Assembly: GCA_963748405.1 (NCBI GenBank)
Contig: CAVVIT010000004.1
Span: 84,171-148,170, forward strand
Length of the DNA stretch: 64,000 bases
Direction: 5' to 3'
DNA from: Ignavibacteriota bacterium
GTDB lineage: Bacteria > Bacteroidota > Ignavibacteria > UBA10030 > UBA6906
Translations under genes and position numbers: made by a program
Part shown: positions 1 through 9,581 of the stretch, one piece after another
Layout of the letters: the number at the start of each line of letters is the position of its first letter
How positions within the stretch are numbered: the stretch's first letter is position 1
The notes under the pieces: model-generated
Told to the model about the DNA's origin: nothing
Databases searched by the model: none
The model's input: the letters and a program-made list of their open reading frames with translations, nothing else

Positions 1-102
1 ATTCTCCTGATGCTCGTGATGCTCCAGGTCGCGGCCATGGTCATCAATCTGATGACGATGGGCCTGCCTCCGCCCCTTCCCAAATTCTGACGGCGGCGGC
101 CG

Positions 103-1662
103 ATGAATGTTCTCACACGACGGACGCCGGGGGGCTGGCGGGAGGAGATTCGCGTCAGGCTGGAAGAGTTCCGCAGCGAACACAATCCGCTTGTCGTCGT
201 GTTTCTTGCTGCGGGGGTGTTCTGCGTTTCGCTCGTCATGGTGGGGACGAACGGCAACCTCTTCCTTGCGCTGGCCGCCGTCGCCGCGATCGGGCTCGCC
301 ATCGTCTCGCTGAAGAGGATCGACCTGGGATTTTCCCTCTTCGTCGGCGTCGTCCTCCTGTCCGATGTCGACAGGGTGCCGGGATTCTGGCCGATGACGT
401 TCACGCTCCGGTATTTCAACAATTTCAACGCAAACCCCTTCCTGCTGATCCCCGGCGGCGTCATCAGCCCGATGGAGCTGCACCTCATCCTGCTCTTCGC
501 GGTCTGGTTCGTCATGGTTGCGATACGGAAGCAGAGCGTCAGGTTCAACAGGGTCCCCGTCCCGTTTCCCGCGTTCATCCTCGCCGTCTGGATCGTCATG
601 ATGTTCGGCTACGGCCTCTCACGGGGGGGGGACCTCACGTGGGGGCTCTGGCAGACCCGGGCGCTGTTCTACCTTTTCATCCTTCTCGCCATCACGCCGC
701 AGATCATCCAGACGCGGGAACAGATCCAGACACTTCTCTGGATATGCATTGCGGCGATCACGTTCAAGGCGGTGCAGGGCGCCGAGCGGTTTGCGAGCCT
801 CGGGTTCTCCTTCCAGGGGTTCTTCACGCTCACCAATCACGATGACCCGGTCTACTTCATCACCCTGTTCATGCTCCTGGCCGGCTACCTGATGTGGCAC
901 GTGCGGACGGCCCAGCGCAAGGCGCTCCTCTGGCTCACGCCGGTGCTCGCGCTCGGGTTCTTCGCCGGCAACCGCCGGGCGACATACTCCTCGTGGCTGC
1001 TGACGATCATCGCGTTCACCGCGCTCATCGGCGACCGGGAGCGGAAGATCATGTTCCGGCTCATGAAATGGGGGGTCGTCGTCGCCGTGTTGTACCTCGT
1101 CGTGTTCTGGAACAGCTACGGGACGCTCGGCAACATCGCCCAGCAGGTGAAGGCCGAGATCACGGGGGAACAGGAGACCTCCCGCTCGAACCGCGACTAC
1201 ATGTCGGACCTGTACAGGAAGTGGGAGGACTACAATCTCGCGGTGACGTTCCGCGGAGTGCCGATCGAGGGACTCGGGTTCGGACGCAAGTATGAAACGC
1301 CCCTGGTGTGGTGGAATTTCCTGGAGGCGACCCCCATTATGGCCTATACGCCCCACAACCAGCTCGTGTGGATGGCGTCGACGATGGGGAGCGTGGGTTT
1401 CTTCTGGTTTCTCCTGTTTTTCAACACGTTCCTGTTCCAGGCGTCGCACGTGTTTTCCACGCTCAAAGAGCCGTTCCTGAAGGCGGTCTGCGCCCTCATC
1501 ATCGTGTCGGTCATCAACCAGCTCGTCGTGACGTATTTCGACATGCAGCTGACGTGGCCGCGCAACATGGTGTACCTGGGCGTGTTGATGGGACTGCTCT
1601 CGAGCGTCCACCAGATTGCCCATGCCGACGCCGGGCACGAAGCGGTTGCACCGCAGAACTGA
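103..1662 (+). CDS. O-antigen ligase / Wzy-like polysaccharide polymerase family membrane protein
   Basis: 519-aa ORF with ~10 hydrophobic TM segments. C-terminal PHNQLVWMASTMGSVGFFWF fits the Wzy_C/O-antigen-ligase H-N-x2-L...G-x2-G motif. First gene of the co-directional polysaccharide locus. Confidence 0.65.
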   Translation: MNVLTRRTPGGWREEIRVRLEEFRSEHNPLVVVFLAAGVFCVSLVMVGTNGNLFLALAAVAAIGLAIVSLKRIDLGFSLFVGVVLLSDVDRVPGFWPMTFTLRYFNNFNANPFLLIPGGVISPMELHLILLFAVWFVMVAIRKQSVRFNRVPVPFPAFILAVWIVMMFGYGLSRGGDLTWGLWQTRALFYLFILLAITPQIIQTREQIQTLLWICIAAITFKAVQGAERFASLGFSFQGFFTLTNHDDPVYFITLFMLLAGYLMWHVRTAQRKALLWLTPVLALGFFAGNRRATYSSWLLTIIAFTALIGDRERKIMFRLMKWGVVVAVLYLVVFWNSYGTLGNIAQQVKAEITGEQETSRSNRDYMSDLYRKWEDYNLAVTFRGVPIEGLGFGRKYETPLVWWNFLEATPIMAYTPHNQLVWMASTMGSVGFFWFLLFFNTFLFQASHVFSTLKEPFLKAVCALIIVSVINQLVVTYFDMQLTWPRNMVYLGVLMGLLSSVHQIAHADAGHEAVAPQN

Positions 1663-1668
1663 GAGCCG

Positions 1669-2448
1669 ATGATCAGAATCCTGATGTACCATAGGATCGT
1701 TCCCGACGGCATGCCGCTCGATTCCGCGTCCATCGACATGCCGGTCGGACTCTTCCGCCGCCAGATCCGGATGCTCGACCGGTGGGGGTTCACGAGCATC
1801 ACGTTCGAGGATTACCGGCTCTCGCTCGACGAGGGGATCGAGCTTCCCAGGCGTCCCGTGATCATCACGTTCGACGACGGGTATACCGAGACGTACGATC
1901 TCGCGTTTCCCGTCCTGAAGGAATTCGGCATGCGCGCCGTCGTGTTCGTCCTCGGCGACAGGACGATGACGGCGAACGACTGGGACATTCCGCTGGGCCT
2001 CCCCTCATCGCCCCTGATGAACGACAGCCAGATCCTGGAGATGCACGCCGCCGGGTTCGAGATCGGATCGCATTCGATGACGCATCCGCACCTGGTGAAG
2101 CTCGCGCGCGAGGAGGTGTGGGACCAGGTCTCCCGTTCGCGCATGCGCCTGGAGATCATGCTGAACTCCCCCGTGACAACGTTCGCCTACCCGTACGGGG
2201 AGCTGAACGCGCTCGTGAAGAGCCTTGTCACGGAGGCGGGGTACCGCTTCGCCTGCGCGTCGTGGTCGGGGCCGCCGGTGGCGCTGTCCGACCACTACGA
2301 GATCCGCCGGGCGATCATGGTCGCCAACGACGGTCCTCTCCGGATGGCGTTCAAGGTCCTTGCGCCGTACCGTCACTACCGCTGGCTCTGGTGGAAGCTC
2401 AAATCGGCGCTCCTGAGGGACCTGACGCCGGTCCGCGTGAAGCCGTGA
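1669..2448 (+). CDS. polysaccharide deacetylase (NodB/CE4 family; PEP-CTERM-locus-type, MYHRI N-terminus)
   Basis: Translation MIRILMYHRI..., ITFDDGYTETYD, GSHSMTHPHL are NodB-homology motifs (Asp/His metal and catalytic residues). ATG lies 7 nt after the upstream stop. Confidence 0.85.
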   Translation: MIRILMYHRIVPDGMPLDSASIDMPVGLFRRQIRMLDRWGFTSITFEDYRLSLDEGIELPRRPVIITFDDGYTETYDLAFPVLKEFGMRAVVFVLGDRTMTANDWDIPLGLPSSPLMNDSQILEMHAAGFEIGSHSMTHPHLVKLAREEVWDQVSRSRMRLEIMLNSPVTTFAYPYGELNALVKSLVTEAGYRFACASWSGPPVALSDHYEIRRAIMVANDGPLRMAFKVLAPYRHYRWLWWKLKSALLRDLTPVRVKP

Positions 2449-2459
2449 CCGGAAAACCG

Positions 2460-3551
2460 ATGAAAACACTGACGCTGCTTGCCGCCGGGTACGATCATCC
2501 CGACCTGGCGCAGCAGAAAAAGATCGAAGACGCGGACATGGGCCCCCGCCAGTCCCTGTACGGCTACACGCTGAATTCGACGCTCCTGAACGAGCGGTAC
2601 ATGACGACGGTCCCCCGCCTGCGGCGGATTCTCTACGCCCCGCTCCCGGTCTGGCTGGCGCAGGTGATCGAGGCGTACATCCTGAGGAAGAAGTTCGACG
2701 CGGTGCTGAGCTGGGACGCCAGGCTGGGGCTCCTGTTCGCGGCGCTCATGAAGCTGACGGGCGCGCGCGTGCCGCACATGGTCATGTTCTCGTGGATTTC
2801 GCGCCCCAAGAAGGCGATGGTCCTCCGGCTCGTCCATTCGCACATCGACAGGATGTTCGTCTGGTCCTCGTTCCAGAGGGATTTCCTCCTCGGGCGGATG
2901 CACATCGCGCCGCGCAAGGTGGTCTTCTGCAGCGGCAGGGTGGACCAGAAGTTCTTCCACCCGATGGCGCGGGAGACCGACATGATCTGCTCGGTCGGGC
3001 GTGAGATGCGCGACTACGTGACGCTCATACGCGCGATACGGGACCTGGACATCCCCTGTCACATCGCGGTGTCGGTCATCCCGGGGGTGAAGGACGCGTG
3101 GATGACCGAGATCGAGAAGGAGGGCGCTCTTCCCCCCCACATCACGGTCGGGAACAAGAACTATGCGGACCTCCGGGATCTGTACGCGCGGTCGAAGTTC
3201 GTCGTGACGCCGCTGATCCCGACCGACACCGACAACGGCATCACGAGCCTCCTCGAAGCGATGGCGATGGGGAAAGCGGTCATCTGCACGAGGACGGAGG
3301 GGCAGCGCGACATCGTGACGGACGGCGTGAACGGGCTGCTCGTCCCCCCCTTCGACGCGCCGGCGCTCCGGAGCGCGATCGACCGGCTCCTGGCGCACCC
3401 GGAGGAGGCCGCGCGGATGGGGAAGGCCGGGCGGGAATTCGTCGAGCGCTCGCACAACCTGGACCTCTTCGTGGAGCGCGTCCGGTCATCGACCGAGGAG
3501 GCCATCGCCGAATTCCGGCGGACGACTAAAAAGAACAACACGGCGCATTGA
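2460..3551 (+). CDS. glycosyltransferase family 1 (GT4-like)
   Basis: C-terminal EAMAMGKAVICTRTEGQRDIVTDGVNGLLV is the GT1/GT4 E-x7-E nucleotide-sugar binding motif. The in-frame upstream extension of ORF 1782..3551 is rejected as Arg/Pro-rich and overlapping the deacetylase. ATG at 2460 lies 12 nt after the upstream stop. Confidence 0.8.
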   Translation: MKTLTLLAAGYDHPDLAQQKKIEDADMGPRQSLYGYTLNSTLLNERYMTTVPRLRRILYAPLPVWLAQVIEAYILRKKFDAVLSWDARLGLLFAALMKLTGARVPHMVMFSWISRPKKAMVLRLVHSHIDRMFVWSSFQRDFLLGRMHIAPRKVVFCSGRVDQKFFHPMARETDMICSVGREMRDYVTLIRAIRDLDIPCHIAVSVIPGVKDAWMTEIEKEGALPPHITVGNKNYADLRDLYARSKFVVTPLIPTDTDNGITSLLEAMAMGKAVICTRTEGQRDIVTDGVNGLLVPPFDAPALRSAIDRLLAHPEEAARMGKAGREFVERSHNLDLFVERVRSSTEEAIAEFRRTTKKNNTAH

Positions 3552-4666
3552 GAATGCTCATACACACCGACTGCAGATACTACAGGGGGAGCATGCCCTG
3601 TCACTTTCACAAACGTGACGGGAGGCCCTGCGACGGATGTCCCGACTACGATCAGGTGCGGACGCGGATTCTCATCGTGAAGCTCGCCGCCGTGGGTGAC
3701 GTGCTGCGGACGACCTCGATCCTTCCGCCGCTTGCCGCGAAGTACCCGGGGGCGCACGTCACGTGGGTGACCCGGTCGGCTGCCGCGCCGCTGCTGGCCG
3801 GCAATCCTCTCGTCGACCGCGTCCTTCCGGTCGAGGACCAGTACGCCCTGTACCTGGCGAACGAAGAGTTCGACCTGGGCATCTGCCTCGACGCCGACCC
3901 GCTGAGCGCCACGATACTCTCCTCGGCCTCCTGCCGGGAGAGGTTCGGCTTCGCCGCCGACAGGGCCGGGCGCGTCCAGCCCGTCAACGACGGCGCACAG
4001 GAGTGGTGGCTTCTCGGGCTCAACGACGCCCTCAAGAGACAGAACCGGAAGACCTATCAGCGGATCATGTACGAAATCTGCGGCCTTCCGCTCCCGGTCG
4101 CACCTCCCCAGCTCCGGATGACGGAGACGGAGCGCCGGTTCGGCGAAGAGTTCGCCGCCAGAAAGGGTCTCGGAAAGTTCCGGCGCGTCCTCGGATTGAA
4201 TACGGGGGGGGGCGGCAGGTGGCAGTACAAGAAATGGACGTTCGACGGGTACCTGTCGTTCATTCGGTTGTTCGGGTCCCGTCATCCGGACGGCGCCATA
4301 CTCCTCCTGGGAGGTCCGGAGGAAGAGGAGCTCAACGCCGAGATCATCCGCCGGGTCGGCGGCGCGGTGATCGACGGGGGGTGCGGCAACTCCCTGATGC
4401 AGTTCGCGTCGCTTGTCGCCGCCGCCGACGCCGTCCTGACGTCGGACAGCCTGGCCATGCACATGTCGGTGGCCCTGGGCAAACCCACGGTGGTGCTCGT
4501 CGGTCCGACCTCTCCGTGGGAGCTCGACGTCTTCGGCAGGGGCGAGATCGTCCACAGCGACATCGAGTGCCTGGCGTGCTATCTCTCCCGCTGCGACAAG
4601 ACGGTGAACTGCATGAACACTCTTTCACCCGAGCACGTGCTTTCCAGGGTGGAGCCGTTCCTATGA
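3548..4666 (+). CDS. glycosyltransferase family 9 (heptosyltransferase-like) with Cys-rich N-terminal extension
   Basis: ILIVKLAAVGDVLRTTSILPPLAAKYPGAHVTWV and C-terminal LTSDSLAMHMSVALGKPTVVLVGPTSP match the GT9 (RfaF/WaaC-like) N- and C-terminal signatures. N-terminal CRYYRGSMPCHFHKRDGRPCDGCPDY carries 5 Cys. ATGA overlap with the upstream gene. Confidence 0.8.
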   Translation: MRMLIHTDCRYYRGSMPCHFHKRDGRPCDGCPDYDQVRTRILIVKLAAVGDVLRTTSILPPLAAKYPGAHVTWVTRSAAAPLLAGNPLVDRVLPVEDQYALYLANEEFDLGICLDADPLSATILSSASCRERFGFAADRAGRVQPVNDGAQEWWLLGLNDALKRQNRKTYQRIMYEICGLPLPVAPPQLRMTETERRFGEEFAARKGLGKFRRVLGLNTGGGGRWQYKKWTFDGYLSFIRLFGSRHPDGAILLLGGPEEEELNAEIIRRVGGAVIDGGCGNSLMQFASLVAAADAVLTSDSLAMHMSVALGKPTVVLVGPTSPWELDVFGRGEIVHSDIECLACYLSRCDKTVNCMNTLSPEHVLSRVEPFL

Positions 4667-5886
4667 ACGTCCTGATGATGTTTCCTTACGCGCCGCAGCC
4701 TCCGCCGAACGATCTGGGAGGGATGAAACGGAACATCCCGTTCTTCGCCCAGGCGGCGAAGCGGCACGCGGTGACCGTTCTCGCCTACGGGTCGCCGGAA
4801 GAGGAGAAGGTGTTCCGCGGGGCGTACGGGGCGCGGTGCGCCGCGGTGAGGTTCGTGGACAGGCGGCGGCCCCGGGTCATCAACGGCATCGAGGCCCTCT
4901 GGCTCCTGCTGACGTGGCGGAGCAACTACCGCCAGGTCTACCGGACGTCGATGCAGAAGGCGCTCGACGGCCTCTGCGCGCACACCCGCTTTGACGTCAT
5001 CCACACGTGCACGCAGATGTTCGGCTACTTCCGGTTTCCCGAAGGGGTGCCCGTCGTGACCGACACCCACGAGGTGGAATACGACCTCGCGCAGCGGACG
5101 TACCGCAAGACGAAGAACCTGTTCTGGAAGTTCTTCACGTACCTCTCCTACAGGGTGGGGCGGCGCGAGGAGATCGAGAACTGCGCGAAGTTTGACGCGC
5201 TCATCGCGACCACGGAACGCGACGCGGAGATATTCCGCCGTGACGTTCCCACCCAGCGCGTGGTCGTGATACAGAACGGGGTGGACCCGTCGTTCTACGA
5301 CGCCCCGGGCGTCCCCCGCGAACGGGGTGCCCTCGTGTTCACGGGGATGATGAGTTTCTACCCGAACGCCCACGGAATCACATGGTTCATCGACGAGGTG
5401 TTTCCCCTCGTCCTTGAGGCCGTCCCGGGCGCCCGGTTATACGTCGTCGGGAAGGATCCTCCCCGGGAGGTCGTGGAGCGGGCCTCGGACCGGGTGACCG
5501 TCACCGGGTTTGTCGACGACGTCAGGCCGTACATGGCGCGCGGCGAGATTTTCATCATCCCCCTCCACATCGGGGGGGGGATCCGAGGGAAGGCCCTCGA
5601 GGCGATGGCGATGAATCTGCCGATCGTCACGACGACGATCGGCTGCGAAGGAATTCACCTGAAAGACGGCGTCTCCTCGCTGTTCGCGGACACGCCGGCG
5701 GCATTCGCGGGAGCCGTCACGAGGCTCCTCGGGGACGGGAATCTCCGGGCACGCATCTCCGCAAGCGCGCTTTCCACCGTGCGCACGCTCTACGACTGGG
5801 ATGCGAAAGGGGAAGCCCTTGATGAGCTGTACCGTTCCGTTGCATATCATGATGTCACTCCTCCGAAAAAGAAAGAGAAACCATGA
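4663..5886 (+). CDS. glycosyltransferase family 1 (GT4-like)
   Basis: GGGIRGKALEAMAMNLPIVTTTIGCEGI E-x7-E-like motif and two Rossmann-like halves. Start ATG 4663 forms an ATGA overlap with the GT9 stop. The long upstream extension of ORF 3763..5886 is Arg/Pro-rich junk. Confidence 0.8.
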   Translation: MNVLMMFPYAPQPPPNDLGGMKRNIPFFAQAAKRHAVTVLAYGSPEEEKVFRGAYGARCAAVRFVDRRRPRVINGIEALWLLLTWRSNYRQVYRTSMQKALDGLCAHTRFDVIHTCTQMFGYFRFPEGVPVVTDTHEVEYDLAQRTYRKTKNLFWKFFTYLSYRVGRREEIENCAKFDALIATTERDAEIFRRDVPTQRVVVIQNGVDPSFYDAPGVPRERGALVFTGMMSFYPNAHGITWFIDEVFPLVLEAVPGARLYVVGKDPPREVVERASDRVTVTGFVDDVRPYMARGEIFIIPLHIGGGIRGKALEAMAMNLPIVTTTIGCEGIHLKDGVSSLFADTPAAFAGAVTRLLGDGNLRARISASALSTVRTLYDWDAKGEALDELYRSVAYHDVTPPKKKEKP

Positions 5887-6917
5887 CCAAGAATCCACAG
5901 GCACCATCATCCGCACCGCCTTCCCTCGCCCTTGTGGGCTGCGGGGCGATCGCAGATTCATTCTACCTCCCGGCCCTCGCGCACCATCCGGACGTGGCCG
6001 CCCGGATGGTGATCGTCGACCCGGACAGGAAGCGCGCGGAAGCCGCACGGGAGAAATACCGCTGCGCTTCGGTGGCCTCCGACTACCGCGAGGTGATCGG
6101 CGGGGTGCGGGGCGCGATCATCGCCGTCCCCCACCACCTCCATCACAGCATGTCGGGCGATTTCCTTGACGCCGGGGTGCACGTGCTCTGCGAAAAACCG
6201 ATCGCCGAAACCGCGGGCGAGGTCAGGGACCTGATCGCCCGGGCGGAACGGAAGGGAGTGACGATCGGCGTCAACAACACGCGGCGGCTCTATCCGTCAG
6301 CGATCAAAGTGAAGGAGCTCCTCGACGCCGGCGCGATCGGCGCCGTGCGCTCGATCGTCTATCTCGACGGCTCGGAGTTCGACTGGCCGACGGCGTCCGG
6401 ATTCTATTTCAACTCGGGCGCCTCCGCAAAGGGGATACTGCTCGACATCGGCGCGCACGTCGTGGACCTGGTCTGCTGGTGGCTGAAGGGGAAGCCGGAA
6501 GTCACGTCGTCGGAGAACGACTCGTTCGGCGGGACGGAGGCGGTTGCCTCGGTGAAGTTCACGCTCGGGGGCTGCACCGGCGAAATCCGGCTGAGCCGCC
6601 TGGCGAAGCTCTCCAACACGTACACGATCACGGGCGAGCGGGGAGTGATCGAAGGGGGAGCGTACGAAGGGGGGCGGATTTCGCTCACGGACGCGTCGGG
6701 GAAGAAGACCGACATCGCGTGTCACCCTCCCGCGGGGAGGCCGCCCGATTCATCGCGGGCGCTCGTCGACAATTTCCTGGGCGTCATCGAGGGGAAAGCC
6801 CGGCCGCTCATTCCGGCCGCGGAAGTCATCGACTCCATTGAAATGATCGGGCAGGCATATGAACGCGCAACGCGGTTCCCGATGCCGTGGTACGCGCGCG
6901 AGGAGGTGAACGCATGA
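5883..6917 (+). CDS. Gfo/Idh/MocA family NAD(P)-dependent oxidoreductase
   Basis: LALVGCGAIADSFYLPAL Rossmann N-terminus and the VLCEKPIA EKP motif typical of the Gfo/Idh/MocA family. Confidence 0.8.
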   Translation: MTKNPQAPSSAPPSLALVGCGAIADSFYLPALAHHPDVAARMVIVDPDRKRAEAAREKYRCASVASDYREVIGGVRGAIIAVPHHLHHSMSGDFLDAGVHVLCEKPIAETAGEVRDLIARAERKGVTIGVNNTRRLYPSAIKVKELLDAGAIGAVRSIVYLDGSEFDWPTASGFYFNSGASAKGILLDIGAHVVDLVCWWLKGKPEVTSSENDSFGGTEAVASVKFTLGGCTGEIRLSRLAKLSNTYTITGERGVIEGGAYEGGRISLTDASGKKTDIACHPPAGRPPDSSRALVDNFLGVIEGKARPLIPAAEVIDSIEMIGQAYERATRFPMPWYAREEVNA

Positions 6918-7981
6918 GCGACGCGAAGAGAATACTCGTGACCGGGGGGGGCGGATTCATCGGCGGGTGGATCGTTGATGCGCTGTACATGCAGGGAAGG
7001 AAGGACGTCCGGGCGGGAATCCGATCCTGGACGGGGGCGTCGCGCGTGGCGCGTCTCCCCGTGGACATCGTCCTGTGCAACGTCCTCGACAGGGCGCAGA
7101 TCGCGAAGGCCATGGAAGGGGTGGGCACCGTTGTCCACTGCGCCGTGGGCTCTCCGGCGGCGACCGTCCAGGGGACGGAAAACATGCTCGAGGCGTCCGC
7201 CAGGGCGGGCGTGCGGCGTTTCGTCCATCTGAGCACCGTGGATGTGTACGGCGACGCCCTGGGAGACGTCGATGAAACGGTGCCCTTCAAGAGGACGGGA
7301 AGCGACTACGGCGACACGAAGATCGACGCCGAGGAGCTCTGCTGGTCGTACCACAGGAAAGGGCTTCCCGTCGTCGTCCTGCGCCCCTCGGCGGTGTACG
7401 GGCCCTACAACAAGCTCTGGGTCGCCAAGTTCGCCGAGCGCATCCTCTCGGGCCGGTGGGGGACGTTCGGCCGTCTCGGGGACGGTGTGTGCAATCTCGT
7501 GTACATCACCGATCTCCTCCAGGCGGTCTTTCTTTCGATGAATGCGGACAGGGCGGTGGGGCAGGCCTTTAATGTGAACGGGACCGACGACATCACCTGG
7601 AACGACTATTTCACGAAATTCAACGCCGCGCTCGGGGGGGCGCCCCTTGTGGCAAAGCCCCCGGCCGCGTTCAGGGCGAGCTCGGTCGTGATGACCCCTC
7701 TCAAGGCGGGGGCCCGGTTCGTGATGGGGCATTTCAGCGCCCCCGTGACCACGCTCTACCAGCGGTCACCGTTCGTCCGGCGCCTGATGAAGCAGACGGA
7801 GGCAAGGATGAAGACGACACCGGGCGGGGAAGAAATCGCGATGTTCGCCCGGAAAACGCGCTACACGGTGAAGAAGGCCGGGGACGTGATCGGGTTCCGG
7901 CCGGCGGTCAACCTGGAGCACGGGCTTTCGATGAGCGTCCGGTGGCTTGATCACGAGGCCCAGATATTCAGAAAGCCGTGA
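6914..7981 (+). CDS. NAD-dependent epimerase/dehydratase (SDR family) nucleotide-sugar enzyme
   Basis: ILVTGGGGFIGGWIVDAL glycine-rich NAD motif and YGDTK (Y-x3-K) catalytic motif. AGGAGG RBS before ATG 6914, which overlaps the upstream stop (ATGA). Confidence 0.8.
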   Translation: MSDAKRILVTGGGGFIGGWIVDALYMQGRKDVRAGIRSWTGASRVARLPVDIVLCNVLDRAQIAKAMEGVGTVVHCAVGSPAATVQGTENMLEASARAGVRRFVHLSTVDVYGDALGDVDETVPFKRTGSDYGDTKIDAEELCWSYHRKGLPVVVLRPSAVYGPYNKLWVAKFAERILSGRWGTFGRLGDGVCNLVYITDLLQAVFLSMNADRAVGQAFNVNGTDDITWNDYFTKFNAALGGAPLVAKPPAAFRASSVVMTPLKAGARFVMGHFSAPVTTLYQRSPFVRRLMKQTEARMKTTPGGEEIAMFARKTRYTVKKAGDVIGFRPAVNLEHGLSMSVRWLDHEAQIFRKP

Positions 7982-8032
7982 GATGACGCCGACGCAAAGG
8001 GCTGCACGACAGGCATATTCCCCGCGGGGGGC

Positions 8033-9538
8033 GTGATGTTCAACGACATCATGAAACGGATCGCCAAGAACACGTCGATCCTTCTCTTCCAGCAGGTCAT
8101 CACGTGGGCATCGACGTTCCTGTTGATGCTCTTCCTGCCCCGCTATCTCGGACCGGTGGAATTCGGGAGGCTCTACCTCGCCCAGTCGGTCCGGGATATT
8201 TTCCTGATCTTCGTCACGTTCGGGGGAAACTACCTCGTGGCGAAGGCGGTGTCGCGGGAAAAGGAGAAGACCGGGCAGATACTGACGGACATCGTCGCCA
8301 TGAGGTTCACGTTCGCGCTGATCTCGCTGGCGGCGATGATGGCCTTCGCCTCGCTCGTGGGATACCCGGACGAGGTCCGCGTGATGGTCCTCATATTCGG
8401 CGTGGGGATGCTCTGGCAGGGGGCCCTGACGACGCTCTTCGGCTGCTTCATGGGGCACGAGCTCATCAAGTACACTTCCGTGGGGTCGATCACCGAGCGT
8501 ATCTTTGTGAGCATCGTTGCCGTCGCGGCGATCCTGTACGGCGCGGGGGGGACGGTGATCAGCATCATTATCGTTACCGGAACGCTCATCAATTTCATCA
8601 TCCTGATCCGGTATTCGAAGATCATCATCCCGTCGCTCCCGCCCCCCCGGTGGTCCGGCGTGAAACAGCAGGCGAAAAACGGCGTTCCCTATTTCATGTT
8701 CACCGTGTTTTCGACGATCTATTACAGGATCGACACGCTGATGCTCTCCAAGCTCGCCCCGGAAGCCGTCGTCGGCTGGTACGGGGGGGCGTACAGGCTG
8801 TTCGACGTCTGGAATTTCTTTCCGGCCATACTCACGACCACCGTGTACCCGGTCCTGTCGCGGCTCTGGTCGGAAGGTGAGGCACAGCACAAACGGACGA
8901 TGCACAAGAGCCTGGAGATCATGCTGATGGTCGGCGTTCCCTTGAGTTTTGGGGCTATTTTCTTCGCCGGGAACATCATCGGGCTCTTCTACGGGCTCCA
9001 GGCATATTCTCCCTCGATTCGTGTGCTCCAGATCCTATCGGCGGGATTGTTATTCCTGTATATTGACATGTCTTTAGGGACCACGCTCCTCTCGTCGGAC
9101 AAGCAGAAGCAAATGTCGCTGATTTCGCTTTTTGCCATACCGTTGAATATCGGCCTGAATTACATCCTGATCCCGTATTTCCAGAACGGGTACGGGAACG
9201 GCGGGCTGGGGTCGGCCCTGACGACGATGCTGACGGAGATGTTCGTCATGACCGCGATGCTCACGCAGCTCCCGAAGGGGATGCTCCGGGGCTTCCGGTT
9301 CTCCGTCCCCCTGAAGATCGCAGTGTCGGCGGGAGCAATGATCGGCCTTCTCGCGCTCGGGCAGATGGCCGGGATCCACTGGATCCTGCTCGTGGTGCTG
9401 GGGCCGGCGATTTACTTCCCGGCCGTGTACGCGCTGAAGACGTTCGAGCCGCAGGAAGAGGAGCTCATCCGCTCTCTCTTCAGCCGCGAAGGGCTCAGGA
9501 AGATCGGCAAAGTGCTGAAACCGGGGCACGTGAAGTAG
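8033..9538 (+). CDS. wzx: Wzx-type oligosaccharide flippase (MOP superfamily polysaccharide biosynthesis protein)
   Basis: 501 aa with ~12-14 TM helices and the N-terminal KNTSILLFQQVITWASTFLLMLFLPRYLGPVEFG pattern typical of PST/Wzx proteins. Confidence 0.75.
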   Translation: MMFNDIMKRIAKNTSILLFQQVITWASTFLLMLFLPRYLGPVEFGRLYLAQSVRDIFLIFVTFGGNYLVAKAVSREKEKTGQILTDIVAMRFTFALISLAAMMAFASLVGYPDEVRVMVLIFGVGMLWQGALTTLFGCFMGHELIKYTSVGSITERIFVSIVAVAAILYGAGGTVISIIIVTGTLINFIILIRYSKIIIPSLPPPRWSGVKQQAKNGVPYFMFTVFSTIYYRIDTLMLSKLAPEAVVGWYGGAYRLFDVWNFFPAILTTTVYPVLSRLWSEGEAQHKRTMHKSLEIMLMVGVPLSFGAIFFAGNIIGLFYGLQAYSPSIRVLQILSAGLLFLYIDMSLGTTLLSSDKQKQMSLISLFAIPLNIGLNYILIPYFQNGYGNGGLGSALTTMLTEMFVMTAMLTQLPKGMLRGFRFSVPLKIAVSAGAMIGLLALGQMAGIHWILLVVLGPAIYFPAVYALKTFEPQEEELIRSLFSREGLRKIGKVLKPGHVK

Positions 9539-9581
9539 GCGGTCCGGGACCACATTCTTTCACTATCGTTGTTCGGGGACT

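Noticed and set aside
1782-2459. Upstream extension of ORF 1782..3551
   Set aside because: It overlaps the NodB deacetylase gene in another frame and is Arg/Ala-rich. The GT1 starts at ATG 2460 just after the deacetylase stop.
3763-4662. N-terminal 300-codon extension of ORF 3763..5886
   Set aside because: The translation (RRPRPSGRGPVRPVPGERR...) is Arg/Pro-rich junk overlapping the GT9 gene in another frame. The GT1 protein begins at ATG 4663 with an ATGA overlap.
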